Both the position numbers and the translations under genes were made by a program. A DNA stretch of 64,000 nucleotides from an uncultured Dehalococcoidia bacterium (lineage in GTDB: Bacteria > Chloroflexota > Dehalococcoidia > Lucifugimonadales > UBA2962): positions 149,366 through 213,365 of the forward strand of contig CAZWTT010000001.1 in NCBI GenBank assembly GCA_964637315.1, read 5' to 3'. Positions 9,501 through 19,836 of this stretch are shown one piece after another. The notes under the pieces were generated by a model. The model was given only the letters and a program-made list of their open reading frames with translations, ran no database searches and was not told where the DNA came from. Each line of letters begins with the position of its first letter. Position 1 is the stretch's first letter.

Positions 9501-11360
9501 TCACCGCTCGACCTTTAGGATGCTGAGGAACGCCTCTTGGGGGATCTCCACCCGGCCGACTCGTTTCATGCGCTTTTTGCCCTGGGCCTGCTTCTCCAGC
9601 AGCTTGCGCTTGCGGGTCACGTCGCCGCCGTAGCACTTGGCCAGCACGTTTTTGCGCAGAGCCCTGACCGTCTCACGGGCGAGAATCTTGTTGCCGATGG
9701 CGGCCTGGATGGGGACCTCGAAAAGCTGACGAGGGATCAACTCTTTTAACCGCGTCACTAGGTCGCGCCCCTGCTGGTAGGCGGTGTCGCGGTGGGCGAT
9801 CATCGACAGCGCGTCCACCGGTTCCCCGCTGACCAGTATGTCTACTTTGACCAGCTTTCCCGGCCGGTACTCGGCCAGAGAGTAGTCCATCGAGGCGTAC
9901 CCCTGCGTGCGTGACTTGAGCTGGTCGGCAAAGTCGACCAGCACCTCCGACAGGGGCACCGCGTACTCTAGCATCACCCGCTGGCCTTGGGCCACGGCGA
10001 GGCCCCCGGCATTGCCGCCATCCTGTGTGCCGTTTGCCGTGGTGTTCTGGATGTACTCCATCCGCTTCATCTCGCCACGTCTGCCCGTCACCAGTTCCAT
10101 TACTGGGCCGATATAGCTGTCGGGCACCAGAATCGTCAGGTCGAGCCAGGGCTCACGCACCTCGTCGATGGTCTGTGTCGGCGGCATGTCGGCGGGATTG
10201 TCGACCTCGACCACCGTGCCATCCGTCATCGCCACCCGGTAGGCGACGCTGGGGGCCGTAGCCAGCAGCGACAACTCGTACTCGCGCTCGAGCCGCTCCT
10301 GAACGATGTCCATGTGCAACAGGCCGAGGAATCCGCAGCGATAGCCCGGTCCCAGCGCGACCGACTGCTCCGGCTGGTAGACAAGAGCGGCGTCGTTGAG
10401 CACCAGCCGCTCCAGTGCTTCGCGCAGGTCGGCGTAGGACTCCCCGTCGGCCGGATAGAGGCCGGCGAAGACCATCGGCTTCATCGGCTCGTAGGAGTCC
10501 CACGGTTCCGCGGCTCCGTGATTGACGAGGGTTATGGTGTCACCCACCGGCGCATCGCCAACCCTCTTGAATCCGGTGGCCACGTAGCCGACCTCCCCTG
10601 TTTGCAGGCCTTTTACCGGGATCTCCTTCGGCGAAAAGACACCGATCTCGAGAGTTTCCCCCACGGTCCCCTTGCCCATCACTTTGATCTTCGCCCCCGA
10701 CGGGATCGACCCGGCGAACACACGCACATACGCCATTACGCCCTTGTACGAGTCGTATTTGGAGTCGAATATGAGAGCCTTCAGAGGCGCATCCGAGTTG
10801 CCGGAGGGCGGTGGGACCCGCTCAACCACCGCCTCAAGAAGGTCGTGCACGCCGTCGCCGGTCTTGCCGGAGGCGTAGATCACCTCGCTCTCGTCGAAGC
10901 CGAAGGTCTGGCAGACTTCGCGGGCGACTCGCGTGGGCTCGGCGGCCACCATATCGGTCTTGTTCACCACCGGGATGATGGCCAGGTCCTTCTCCAACGC
11001 CAGGTAGACGTTGGCGAGGGTCTGCGCTTGGATGCCCTGCGTCGCGTCGACCAGCAGCAGCGCGCCCTCACAAGCGGCTAGGGAGCGCGACACCTCGTAG
11101 GTGAAGTCGACGTGGCCCGGCGTGTCGATCAGGTTGAGTTGATAGCTCTCGCCGTCGTCCGCCTTACAGGCCAGTCGCACCGCCTGCGCCTTGATGGTGA
11201 TGCCCCGTTCCCTCTCGAGGTCCATTGAGTCGAGGTGCTGCTCCTGCAGGTCACGTGGGTCGACGGCGCCGGTCTCGGCCAGCAGTCGGTCGGCCAGCGT
11301 CGACTTGCCGTGGTCGATGTGGGCGATGATGCAGAAGTTGCGGATGCGGGACGCTTCCAT
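9501..11360 (-). CDS. lepA: Elongation factor 4
   Basis: [45 protein letters not shown]. Confidence 0.98.
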   Translation of the reverse strand: MEASRIRNFCIIAHIDHGKSTLADRLLAETGAVDPRDLQEQHLDSMDLERERGITIKAQAVRLACKADDGESYQLNLIDTPGHVDFTYEVSRSLAACEGALLLVDATQGIQAQTLANVYLALEKDLAIIPVVNKTDMVAAEPTRVAREVCQTFGFDESEVIYASGKTGDGVHDLLEAVVERVPPPSGNSDAPLKALIFDSKYDSYKGVMAYVRVFAGSIPSGAKIKVMGKGTVGETLEIGVFSPKEIPVKGLQTGEVGYVATGFKRVGDAPVGDTITLVNHGAAEPWDSYEPMKPMVFAGLYPADGESYADLREALERLVLNDAALVYQPEQSVALGPGYRCGFLGLLHMDIVQERLEREYELSLLATAPSVAYRVAMTDGTVVEVDNPADMPPTQTIDEVREPWLDLTILVPDSYIGPVMELVTGRRGEMKRMEYIQNTTANGTQDGGNAGGLAVAQGQRVMLEYAVPLSEVLVDFADQLKSRTQGYASMDYSLAEYRPGKLVKVDILVSGEPVDALSMIAHRDTAYQQGRDLVTRLKELIPRQLFEVPIQAAIGNKILARETVRALRKNVLAKCYGGDVTRKRKLLEKQAQGKKRMKRVGRVEIPQEAFLSILKVER

Positions 11361-11453
11361 GGCGTTCAATTATAGGTGGTAGGACGCTGCCCTCTGGCCG
11401 CCCCCACCCATCGGGAGTGGACCTAATACCTTGAGTGGTGAGGAGTAAGCGAG

Positions 11454-11761
11454 AGGGCAGCAATCAGGCGAGCGGAAGCGGTCTGGCAGGGTGACCTCAT
11501 GTCCGGAAGCGGCGTGGTCAGCGTGGTGAGCAGCGTGGCCTTCTCCGAACTCCCCGTGAGTTGGGCGACCCGAACCGAGCAACCCGGCGGCAAGACCAGC
11601 CCTGAGGAGATGGCAGCGGCGGCTCACGCAAACTGCTTTTGCATGGCCCTCTCGGCGGGCCTCGGCGGTGCCGGCACGCTCCCGAGCGCCTAGAGGTGAG
11701 CGCCGAGGTCACTTTCGCCCCCCAACAAGGCGGCGACCTCAAAGTTCAGTCCAGCGCTCTG
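11454..11761 (+). pseudogene. OsmC family peroxiredoxin pseudogene
   Basis: AEAVWQGDLMSGSG...TSPEEMAAAAHANCFCMALS; AGG sits where ATG is expected after GAGGAG; frameshift near 11680 into PERLEVSAEVTF; truncated. Confidence 0.8.
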
Positions 11762-11886
11762 CAACGCGGCCCTAGTCCTGCTGTCGCGGGACAGGTATTC
11801 ATCAAAGGGAAAATCTGAGAACTCAGGTTGCTTCAAGACAGGCCTCCTACCGTGGAGTGACCGGAAAATATGACCTCGACAACCCA

Positions 11887-11943
11887 TGGTGGGGAAGGCG
11901 GGACTCGAACCCGCACGCTCTTTCGAGCACATGATCCTAAATC
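11887..11943 (-). repeat. 3' half of tRNA-Leu with CCA (att direct repeat)
   Basis: 11890-11943 matches 15333-15386 at 52/54 nt (hand count). Confidence 0.92.
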
Positions 11944-12397
11944 CCATTCGAACCGTTTTGCAAGGTGCGCCTAAGTACGGATCACTAGGGTTGGGGCTCG
12001 ATTTCGTCCGTTACTGTCCGCCCGTGTGTCGCTGCGTTGCTGTCAACATTGATGTCAAATTATTTGAAACTGGATCCCGGACTGGCCGGTTGCAAAGTGC
12101 AATACAGAGTCTTTCAAGGAGTTGCTCTGCGCCGAGTCAATTCAGGGCGCTCCAAGGGGACTCCAACTTCAACGATTTCCACGATCACGCTGGTTTTCCC
12201 AATGCCAAAGCATGCTCGATGGATCGGCGTTACTTGACCGTCTGTCCAAGCAGAATCCAGTTCATGTTCGAAATTTGCCCGCAGCCTTCGGAGGGTGCCA
12301 ACCCAGTCGGGCAAATCCCTGCATACCAAGACTACGTCGTCTGGTGAGGCATCCTTGTCCCTAAAAAATGCGCGCATCGTGCTGACTGTGAGCCGTA

Positions 12398-12517
12398 CGC
12401 CTCCCTGAGCTCGTTGATGATCTGCTCTGGCGTGTGTCTCTTCCTCGGCATTTCGCCCCCTTTCTCTCCAACCCAGCACTAACTTTAGTTCTGGACCAGT
12501 TTTTGGGGGGCAGGTCA
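12398..12517 (-). mobile_element. IS3-family left end remnant (IRL plus start of OrfA)
   Basis: TGACCTGCCCCCCAAAAAACTGGTCCA followed by ATG at 12451 reading MPRKRHTPEQIINELREA, then homology is lost. Confidence 0.75.
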
Positions 12518-12579
12518 AGGTGTGCGTTAGACTCCCAACCTCCTGAATCTGGCATTGGGGTGCAGGTCAGTGACGTTGA

Positions 12580-13965
12580 CTACACTCGTTTGCGTCTGAC
12601 CTTCTTCAGCTTGCCAAACACCGCTCCTTTGACGAGTTTCCGGTCCTCGCCGTCGAAACGAAAAAACGAGGAGGCGTCGATTCTCAGGCTGAGGCCAAGC
12701 CGGGCGACGAGCCGGTATTTCACCAGGGTCAAGATGACGGTGGTGATCACCGTTTCTACCGCTGCGCCTATCACTCCTATTCCAAGCATTAGGGCGGGCG
12801 ATAGCGCGAAGTAGGACAGCCTGCGAACGGCAAACATGATGAATAAGATCCGCTGGGACTGCATCGCCTCTACAAGCGGGGTTGTAACGGTGTTGTATGC
12901 GTTCAAGATGTAACGCAACAGCAGCAGTAGGAACAGTGGCAGAACCAGAGGGAAGAAGTCAGGGAAAAGGAATTTGAATACCGGGTAAGCTAAGGCGCCC
13001 CCAGCCATAGCCATCAGCACATTGAGCTGGACGCTGTACTGTAGAGTCTTGTTGAATATTCGCCGGAGCTGGGCCGGATCGCCGACCCGCCTGGCCATTA
13101 GCGGTGACAGGACTGTTTTTAAGGGCAGCCCGACTTTGACGAACCCGACGGATCGCTTAGCAAGTGTGTAGACGCCCACAGCCTCGACATCAAGAATGCC
13201 GGCCATAATCCAATTGGTGGCACTCTCGGTCAGCTGGGTGGCAATGGCAGTGAGCGCATCCCATTTTCCGTGCGCTTTGAATATGCCGGGCAAAATCCAG
13301 CCCGGGTGAGGAGTGTGAAATCGCAGATAGGCTGAGGATCGAACGAGGACGGGAAGAGATACCGCCAGCCAGATAGCGTTTGCGATGATGTCGGCTTCCA
13401 GGACGCCCCGGACTCCCCGGTCCAGTACCAGAACCAGCACCAGGATCGCGATAAGCTTAGTGACCGCATTTAGCACAGGGCGAGCGGCGAGCGCACCGAA
13501 TTTTCCGTGGCTGGTGAGGCCGGTCTGGGCAATGTTATCGAGTCCGGACATGGCAACGAGGATCGCAACAAGGCTCATCCATTCCGGCGGCACCGAGGGC
13601 GGAAGGCGGTCGCCGAAAACGAAAGTGAACAGAGCAACCCCGCCGCCTATCACCAATCCTAAGACCAACTGAAGGGCCGAGAACTCCAACAGAAGACGTC
13701 TGACACGTCCAAACTTCTTGGCGCCTATCTCTATGGAGATGTCGGCCGTGACTGTACGCGTGGCGCCGAGTTTGAAGACGGAACTGACGGCGAGGTTTAC
13801 CGCAAAGGCGATCACGTACAGGCCGTAGTCGCGAACGCCGAGTTCCCAGGTCAGAATTACCATCGTGGCCATTCGAATGGCGATACTCAGATACTGGGAG
13901 ACGGCGAGTGGAATCGAGCCGCGAGCCACGCTCGAGCCGGTAACTTTATCCGGAACGTTCTTCAA
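12580..13965 (-). CDS. Wzx-type oligosaccharide flippase (polysaccharide biosynthesis protein)
   Basis: 461 aa, about 12 hydrophobic segments, LGVRDYGLY and EAVGVYTLA motifs of PST/MOP flippases. Confidence 0.8.
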   Translation of the reverse strand: MKNVPDKVTGSSVARGSIPLAVSQYLSIAIRMATMVILTWELGVRDYGLYVIAFAVNLAVSSVFKLGATRTVTADISIEIGAKKFGRVRRLLLEFSALQLVLGLVIGGGVALFTFVFGDRLPPSVPPEWMSLVAILVAMSGLDNIAQTGLTSHGKFGALAARPVLNAVTKLIAILVLVLVLDRGVRGVLEADIIANAIWLAVSLPVLVRSSAYLRFHTPHPGWILPGIFKAHGKWDALTAIATQLTESATNWIMAGILDVEAVGVYTLAKRSVGFVKVGLPLKTVLSPLMARRVGDPAQLRRIFNKTLQYSVQLNVLMAMAGGALAYPVFKFLFPDFFPLVLPLFLLLLLRYILNAYNTVTTPLVEAMQSQRILFIMFAVRRLSYFALSPALMLGIGVIGAAVETVITTVILTLVKYRLVARLGLSLRIDASSFFRFDGEDRKLVKGAVFGKLKKVRRKRV

Positions 13966-14095
13966 AGGGTCAGTTGTCCACCAGGGCCAGCCGGTGACCC
14001 ATTCGGCACGCGACGGCGAGAAAAGAATGCGACTCCCAATCTACCAGCAACCGGTTCCTATAGGCTGGTTGTGAATTCGATTGGGGGTGTCATAG

Positions 14096-14308
14096 TTGTG
14101 TTGTCGATGGGCCAACAGATTCGTAGCCCTTGAACGGGATGCTCAGGCGTTGGCCGAGGCCATAAAGAGATTGACCACAGACCCAACGAAGAGGATTGAA
14201 GTGGACGCTCATAGCCGAAAACCGGCCGCTGAGTATGGCTGGAGCCACTTGGCCACGATATTCAAGAGACCGAACCTCAGGGTGAGAGCCTCCGAAGAAC
14301 ACGGATGA
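14096..14308 (+). pseudogene. C-terminal remnant of a GT4 glycosyltransferase
   Basis: DAQALAEAIKRLTTDP...EYGW matches the GT4 C-terminal pattern. Confidence 0.6.
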
Positions 14309-14865
14309 TCGATATCGCCACGACAATTAACGGCTCCCGGCCCACGTATGGAGGCGTCACCTTTGCCTCGAAACCGGCGGCGCTGCGTCAACTGCAGATG
14401 GTACGGGAGATTGAGACTCACCTCGGGGACACCCCCGGGGCAGTCGGGCTCGAGGTCGGTGCGAAGAGTGTGGAACCTTCGACGCTGCTCGACGCGTTCG
14501 GCATTCGATGCGTGCGGCTGGACGTTCAAGACAGGGAGGACCGCCGAGGGTTGATTCTGGGCGATGGGGGCCAGTTACCGTTTCGGACCGCCTGCCTCGA
14601 CTATGTGGTGGCCTCCAATGTCCTGGCCCATGTAGATGACGTGGAGGCCGCCCATCCCGAGGGTGGCTCACCCTCAATCGCCAAGCCGGGATTAGCGGGC
14701 AGATGGCCGCTCCCGTTGGTTTTGCTGACGGCCCCTTTTCATTCAATTGCTCTCAAGAGTCTCGAAATCGCTATCAGGGCCGTACTTAAGGCGAAGTGGG
14801 AACCGCCCACCGGAGAAGGCGACAAACATCCAGAGTCCTACTCTGGATGGGAGGGGCAGGGGTAG
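14305..14865 (+). pseudogene. Class I SAM-dependent methyltransferase, probably degraded
   Basis: LEVGA, LDV, GDGGQLPF..LDYVVASNVLAHVDD; the sequence loses methyltransferase character after about residue 115. Confidence 0.6.
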
Positions 14866-15222
14866 GGAGATAGGTGGCGGGCGTGAAGGATCTTCTTCAT
14901 TCCGAGGTCAGCACCCTGCTGCATTGAGCCTGACCACGGGTGATCGGAGCAGTGGTGCGTCTGGATCGCTAGCCAACGCCGGTTGAGCTAGGATGGCCTC
15001 TCTTGGGGGCGGTGTAGCCTCGCTCGGAAAACTGCTCCTATTTCATCGGGGTTACCAGCAGGATCTTCACGTCGCCCACCTACCGTTTCCCGACGACCAA
15101 CCACTGCGTCGCGAAAACCTTTGGTACCCGGCCCTCCAGAAGGCGCCTTTGACCGGCACTCGAAGCCAACAGAGTGGTCACTCCGTCACCGGTTTCCTCA
15201 AATCCTGGTTATTGCTAAGGCT

Positions 15223-15309
15223 TCATAGTTCGATGTTATGCCGCAGCAACCTCGCACGCAGCTCAACTCCGTTGATCAACGTAATGGATTCATTGTTGGC
15301 GAAGTCGTA
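15223..15309 (-). pseudogene. C-terminal remnant of an Mrr-like restriction endonuclease
   Basis: YDFANNESITLINGVELRARLLRHNIEL* resembles the Mrr_cat C-terminus (FA...I.LI.G..L..LL..H). Confidence 0.5.
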
Positions 15310-15332
15310 AGGGAGGCCAGTCTATTGTGGAG

Positions 15333-15416
15333 TGGGGAAGGCGGGACTCGAACCCGCACGCCCTTTCGGGCACATGATCCTAAATCATGCTCGTCTACCG
15401 ATTCCGACACTTCCCC
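15333..15416 (-). tRNA. tRNA-Leu (anticodon TAG)
   Basis: GGGGAAG acceptor stem, CATGA-TTTAGGA-TCATG anticodon arm, long variable arm, GGTTCGAGTCC T-arm; TATAAT upstream. Confidence 0.96.
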
Positions 15417-15521
15417 GCGACCAAACTGACCGCTTGATTATATCTCCAACAGGTTCCGGGATCGGCGGCCATTGAGGTAAGCTGGCCCCGTGCTCACAGG
15501 TGTGCACGGGCTCGGCCCGCT

Positions 15522-16304
15522 TTGACGGCAGCTCTCCTCCTAGGCGCCCTCCAGGGCGTTTTCGAGTGGCTGCCTGTTTCCTCCGAGGGCGTCGTGTCGG
15601 CCAGCTACTCGTTTTTCTTCGACAAGTCGTTCGACGAGGCCGTCCAATTCGCCCTCTGGCTTCACATAGGAACCGTGCCCTCGGTGCTCGTCGTGTTCCG
15701 ACGTGACTGCGTGGGGATTCTGAAGGAGGTGAAAAACCTTCGGGGCTGCCCGTCGCCGTTCCTCACTTTCCTGATCGTGGCAACCATAGTCAGCGCCCCT
15801 ATCGGCCTCGGTCTGTTGATCGGCCTGGAAGAACTGTCCCAGCGCGCGGGCGCCTCGGCGATGGCCGTGGTGGGAGTGCTGATGCTGGTGACCGGCTACA
15901 CGCAACTGCGTAGTAAGGACTCCGGTGAGAGAGGTCGCGCCGACCTGTCAATCCCGGACGCCGTTATCGCCGGTGTCGGCCAGGGCCTCGCTGTGTTGCC
16001 GGGCCTGAGCCGCTCCGGCACCACCATCGCCGCGTTGCTCGCCCGGCGCATCGACCGGCGCGAGGCTCTGGCGCTGAGCTTCCTGATGAGCATACCGGCG
16101 TCCCTCGGAGCGGCCCTGTGGGCCGGTCTGAGGGAGAGCTTCGCCTGGTCGGGCGAGGCACTTGTATCGGCCGCAATCGCCTTTGTAGTAGGGTTGGTCG
16201 TCATCCGGCTGTTCATGGAGGTGGCCGACCGGGTCAACCTGGGCGCATTCGTCATCTTCGTCGGGCTCATCATCCTCGCCGGCGGCATTTGGCAGGCAGT
16301 ATAG
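15522..16304 (+). CDS. uppP: Undecaprenyl-diphosphate phosphatase
   Basis: LQGVFEWLPVSSEG, LHIGT, PGLSRSGTTI, SFLMSIPA. Confidence 0.93.
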   Translation: MTAALLLGALQGVFEWLPVSSEGVVSASYSFFFDKSFDEAVQFALWLHIGTVPSVLVVFRRDCVGILKEVKNLRGCPSPFLTFLIVATIVSAPIGLGLLIGLEELSQRAGASAMAVVGVLMLVTGYTQLRSKDSGERGRADLSIPDAVIAGVGQGLAVLPGLSRSGTTIAALLARRIDRREALALSFLMSIPASLGAALWAGLRESFAWSGEALVSAAIAFVVGLVVIRLFMEVADRVNLGAFVIFVGLIILAGGIWQAV

Positions 16305-16340
16305 CCACCCTGAGCCTAGCGTCGATATAATCGAGCGGAA

Positions 16341-16472
16341 ATGGCTGGCGAACCAGAAAACAGGACTGGCGTCCGCGTGGTCTGCACCGACTGCGGGGCC
16401 GAGTTCGTGGTCACGAGAGGCGGCGACGGTGCCCTCAAGTGCTGCGACAGGCCTCTCGAGGTGAAGAAGTAG
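16341..16472 (+). CDS. 43-aa desulforedoxin-like microprotein
   Basis: MAGEPENRTGVRVVCTDCGAEFVVTRGGDGALKCCDRPLEVKK*; CxxC...CC; TATAAT 9 nt upstream; below the ORF-track cutoff. Confidence 0.8.
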   Translation: MAGEPENRTGVRVVCTDCGAEFVVTRGGDGALKCCDRPLEVKK

Positions 16473-16474
16473 CC

Positions 16475-16618
16475 GTGGCCACCCAGCTGGGCAAGCGCTA
16501 CCGCTCCCTCGACACCGGCGTCACGCTGCTGTGCACAAAGGCGGGCACCGGCGTCCTGAAGTGCAACGACCAGGAGATGGTCGTCCAGCAGCCAAAACGC
16601 CTCCCCTCCTCCGACTAG
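16475..16618 (+). CDS. 47-aa desulforedoxin-like paralog ending LPSSD
   Basis: MATQLGKRYRSLDTGVTLLCTKAGTGVLKCNDQEMVVQQPKRLPSSD*; GTG start 2 nt after the previous stop. Confidence 0.8.
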   Translation: MATQLGKRYRSLDTGVTLLCTKAGTGVLKCNDQEMVVQQPKRLPSSD

Positions 16619-16728
16619 CCATTAAGTGGCAACAAATGTCGGCGCGCTACGGAGCGTGCTTGATGCGCTGGACCCCCGCCGACCCGGGTGGGGCCTTAAA
16701 GAGTCGCTCCGGTCGCCCCTTTTCGGTA

Positions 16729-17907
16729 TTAGACCTGAACCAAAACTGGTTTTCTCTGCATCGCCGTCGTAACCTCGGGGCCGTCCTCAGACAAAAACAC
16801 GTCGATCTCCGAGCGCACTCCGAATTCCGGCAGGTAGATGCCGGGCTCTACTGAAAAGCAAATACCTGGAATGATCTGCCGGGTGTCTCTGGTCTCGTAG
16901 CCGTCCAAGTTGACCGCGTTGGAGTGAATCTCTCTCCCGATGCTGTGGCCCAGCCGGTGTCTAAAATAGTCTCCGTAGCCGGCGTCCGATATGTACGCTC
17001 TGGCCACCTCGTCCAGTTCGAAGCCCATCAACGCCTGCCCACGCGAATGATCGATACGGAGATGCTCGACCGCTGCGTCGCGGGCTCCGATCACGACGTC
17101 GAATACCTTGAGGTATTCGGCGGGCACCTCTGTGCCGACATATCCCGTCCAGGTGATGTCGGCCGACATTGTTTGCTCGCCCTCCATATGCGACCACAGG
17201 TCGATGAGCACCCAGTCGCCTGGCTGGATGGTCGCCGAATGTTCAGGCGTCGGCTCGTAATGGGGGTCAGCCGAGTTGGCGTTGGCGGCGACCACGGGGC
17301 CGTCCAGTACGGCCATCCCCTCCGCCTTAAACCGGTGGTGGATGAACTGTGCCACGTCGTGCTCCCTGACGCCGCTCGATAGCCGCTCGCCGATGAAGGC
17401 GTAAGCCTCCAGCACGACCTTCGATAGGCGATCGGCCGCCTCCTTGTGCGAGGCGAGTTGGTCCGGCCCCCAGCGCTGGGTGGCGTACTGGAATAGATCG
17501 GCCGACGATACCACCTCGACTCCCGCCTCGCGTACCAGCTCCACCGTGCCGGCATCGACGCGGGCGGCCCGGGGAAGCTCGGCGCGTGGTGAGTACTCCA
17601 TCGCCACGGTGCCTGCGTCAGCGATGGCGCCGTGAACAAGAGCGATCATCTCGTCCCGTCGTGACCACGCCCGCTTTTCTACAGCAACGTCTTTGAATCG
17701 GCTCAGGTCGACCGTGCTCAGCATCAGCACCGGTTCGCCCTCGACCGGAATCCACAGCCAGCAGGGGCGGGTGAGGAACGCGACCGGTCCCAGGGCGTCC
17801 CACATGACCGGATTCGAGTACCGGTAGTCGTATAGGAGCCAACCACCGATGCCTCGCTCAACCATAAACAGGCTCGCCTGTTTCGCAATCTCCGAAAACG
17901 GCGCCAT
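16729..17907 (-). CDS. M24 family (Xaa-Pro) metallopeptidase
   Basis: DPHY, LIDLW, ADITWT, HRLGHSIG, SVEPGIY, GVRSE. Confidence 0.92.
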   Translation of the reverse strand: MAPFSEIAKQASLFMVERGIGGWLLYDYRYSNPVMWDALGPVAFLTRPCWLWIPVEGEPVLMLSTVDLSRFKDVAVEKRAWSRRDEMIALVHGAIADAGTVAMEYSPRAELPRAARVDAGTVELVREAGVEVVSSADLFQYATQRWGPDQLASHKEAADRLSKVVLEAYAFIGERLSSGVREHDVAQFIHHRFKAEGMAVLDGPVVAANANSADPHYEPTPEHSATIQPGDWVLIDLWSHMEGEQTMSADITWTGYVGTEVPAEYLKVFDVVIGARDAAVEHLRIDHSRGQALMGFELDEVARAYISDAGYGDYFRHRLGHSIGREIHSNAVNLDGYETRDTRQIIPGICFSVEPGIYLPEFGVRSEIDVFLSEDGPEVTTAMQRKPVLVQV

Positions 17908-17956
17908 CAGTTGAATTTCACGTGCGAATGGTCATTCTTGACGGGGCGGCGCCCCC

Positions 17957-18748
17957 TCAGAGCATGGAGCGGACGAAGCCGCCGTCCACCGGGATGGTCG
18001 TGCCGGTGATGTAGCTGGCGGCGTCCGAGGCGAGGAATGCGACTAGCGACGCTAGCTCCTCCGGCCTGCCCACTCGTCCCATCGGTATCGACCCGGTCAG
18101 GTCAGACAGCGCCTCGTCCTCGGTCATGTCCGAACCCTCGGCACGGCCACGCACCACCTCCATCATGCGCTCGGTGGTCAGGAAGCCTGGTGCGATGTTG
18201 TTGACGAGGATACCATCGCGCGCCAGCTCGTCCGACAGCGCCTTGGCATACCCCACGGCTCCGAGCCGGGTGGCACCTGAGAGCATTAACCCTGGGAAAG
18301 GCTGCTTAACCGTGCTCGCCAGGAGATTGATGATCCGGCCGCCGCCGACCCGCCGCATGTGCGGGACCGCGGCCCGGCTCATGCGGGCGAAGAACATCAG
18401 CGAGAGCTGGACCGCCCGGTCCCACTGTGCCTCGGTCGCCTCCATCGGCGTTGCCACGGGCGGTCCCCCCGAGTTGCAGACCACGATGTCCAGGCGGCCG
18501 AAGTGGTCGACCGCTGCCGCCATCAGCTTCTGGATCTCCTCTTGCTGGGACAGGTCGGCCGACACTGGTAGCACGTCGACACCGCCAGCTTCAGCGATCT
18601 CGCCCGCCGCCGTTGTTATCCGCTCCTCGTCGCGGCTGCATACCGCGAGGTTGGCCCCCTCGGCCCCGAGCGCCTCGGCGCAGGCACGTCCCAGGCCCAT
18701 GCTGGCTCCTCCGATCACCGCCACTTTTCCCTTCAAGCCAAGCTCCAA
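17957..18748 (-). CDS. SDR family oxidoreductase (BKR-like)
   Basis: TTG start after GGAGG; [26 protein letters not shown]. Confidence 0.9.
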   Translation of the reverse strand: MELGLKGKVAVIGGASMGLGRACAEALGAEGANLAVCSRDEERITTAAGEIAEAGGVDVLPVSADLSQQEEIQKLMAAAVDHFGRLDIVVCNSGGPPVATPMEATEAQWDRAVQLSLMFFARMSRAAVPHMRRVGGGRIINLLASTVKQPFPGLMLSGATRLGAVGYAKALSDELARDGILVNNIAPGFLTTERMMEVVRGRAEGSDMTEDEALSDLTGSIPMGRVGRPEELASLVAFLASDAASYITGTTIPVDGGFVRSML

Positions 18749-18857
18749 ATCCGTCCTCCCAAGCCGATTGATCAGCATCATAGCGGCACCGGCGCGCCTG
18801 CTACAATTTTGCGTGGCCGGCGGCGTGTGAGCCTTCGGTTTAGGCAAAAGGAGCCAG

Positions 18858-19784
18858 TTGAGGAAATCCACAGCTGACAAGGTAATGACGGCGGCCGAGG
18901 CGGTCGAGCGCTTCGTGCCGGACGGCGCCGTGCTTGGGATGGGCGGCCAGAGCATCGGCCGCTGTCCCATGGCGCTGGCCTTTGAGATCGTCCGCCAGGC
19001 CAAGGGAGATCTAACCATCGTTGGCTGCAACCTGGCCATGTCCATGGATGTGTTGGTCGGGTCGGGCTTGGTGCGGCGCACCGAGTGCGGCACCGGCAAC
19101 CTGGAGCGTTACGGTACCGCCTTCCGCTGGCGGGCGGCGGCGGAGTCGGGCGAGTTGACCGTGGTCGACTACAGCCACCTCGGCATGGCCTCCCGGTTTC
19201 TGGCGGCCTCCCTCGGGCTGCCGTTCATGCCCGTCAAGAGCCTGCTCGGATCCGACATACTCTCGACCAAACGAACTGATGGTCCGGACCCCGACTACGT
19301 GCTCATCGACAACCCCTTTTCCGGAGGAGAACCTGTGGCGCTGTTGCCTGCGCTCAGCCCCGACGTGTCCATCATCCATGTCCAGAAGGCCGATGCCGCG
19401 GGCAATCTGTCGATCGGAGGCTTCTCCACTCATGAGCCTGAGATGGTCAAGGCGTCCAAATCGGTGATCGTCAGTTGCGAGGAGTTGGTCGATCCAGAGT
19501 ATTTCCGCGACAACCCGGGCGAGACGACCGTGCCGTTCCTGTTCGTCGACGCGGTGGTGCATCAGCCGTTCGGTGGCTACCCCACGTCAGTGTACGGGCG
19601 GTACGAGCACGACCGCGAGCACATCGTTGAGTACCAACGCGTTGCCCGTGCCGGTGGCGATGAGTACGTAGACTACCTGTGGCGAGCCGTCCACGAGTCA
19701 AGTGATTTTGGGAGCTTCCTTGACTGGACTCTGACCGACGAGAAGCGTGTCGCGTTGCGCGAAGAGATGGAGCGTCTCCTTTGA
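18858..19784 (+). CDS. Class I CoA-transferase subunit A (glutaconate CoA-transferase-like)
   Basis: [41 protein letters not shown]. Confidence 0.88.
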   Translation: MRKSTADKVMTAAEAVERFVPDGAVLGMGGQSIGRCPMALAFEIVRQAKGDLTIVGCNLAMSMDVLVGSGLVRRTECGTGNLERYGTAFRWRAAAESGELTVVDYSHLGMASRFLAASLGLPFMPVKSLLGSDILSTKRTDGPDPDYVLIDNPFSGGEPVALLPALSPDVSIIHVQKADAAGNLSIGGFSTHEPEMVKASKSVIVSCEELVDPEYFRDNPGETTVPFLFVDAVVHQPFGGYPTSVYGRYEHDREHIVEYQRVARAGGDEYVDYLWRAVHESSDFGSFLDWTLTDEKRVALREEMERLL

Positions 19785-19836
19785 GGTTCTTGTCCCCCAT
19801 CAATCCCGCCGAAGTGAGGGTTAGGGTGACGCGAAG

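Larger units (their letters stand above)
11944..15332. mobile_element. Decayed genomic island integrated in tRNA-Leu(TAG)
   Basis: Bounded by tRNA 3'-half direct repeats; visibly less GC-rich; cargo is a flippase plus gene fragments; no integrase seen. Confidence 0.8.

Noticed and set aside
11886-12347. 153-aa plus-strand ORF across the att site
   Set aside because: Begins in antisense tRNA sequence and shows no integrase or other motif
16619-16728. Short hairpins downstream of the microprotein pair
   Set aside because: Imperfect GC-rich stems compatible with simple termination between convergent genes; no identifiable RNA family
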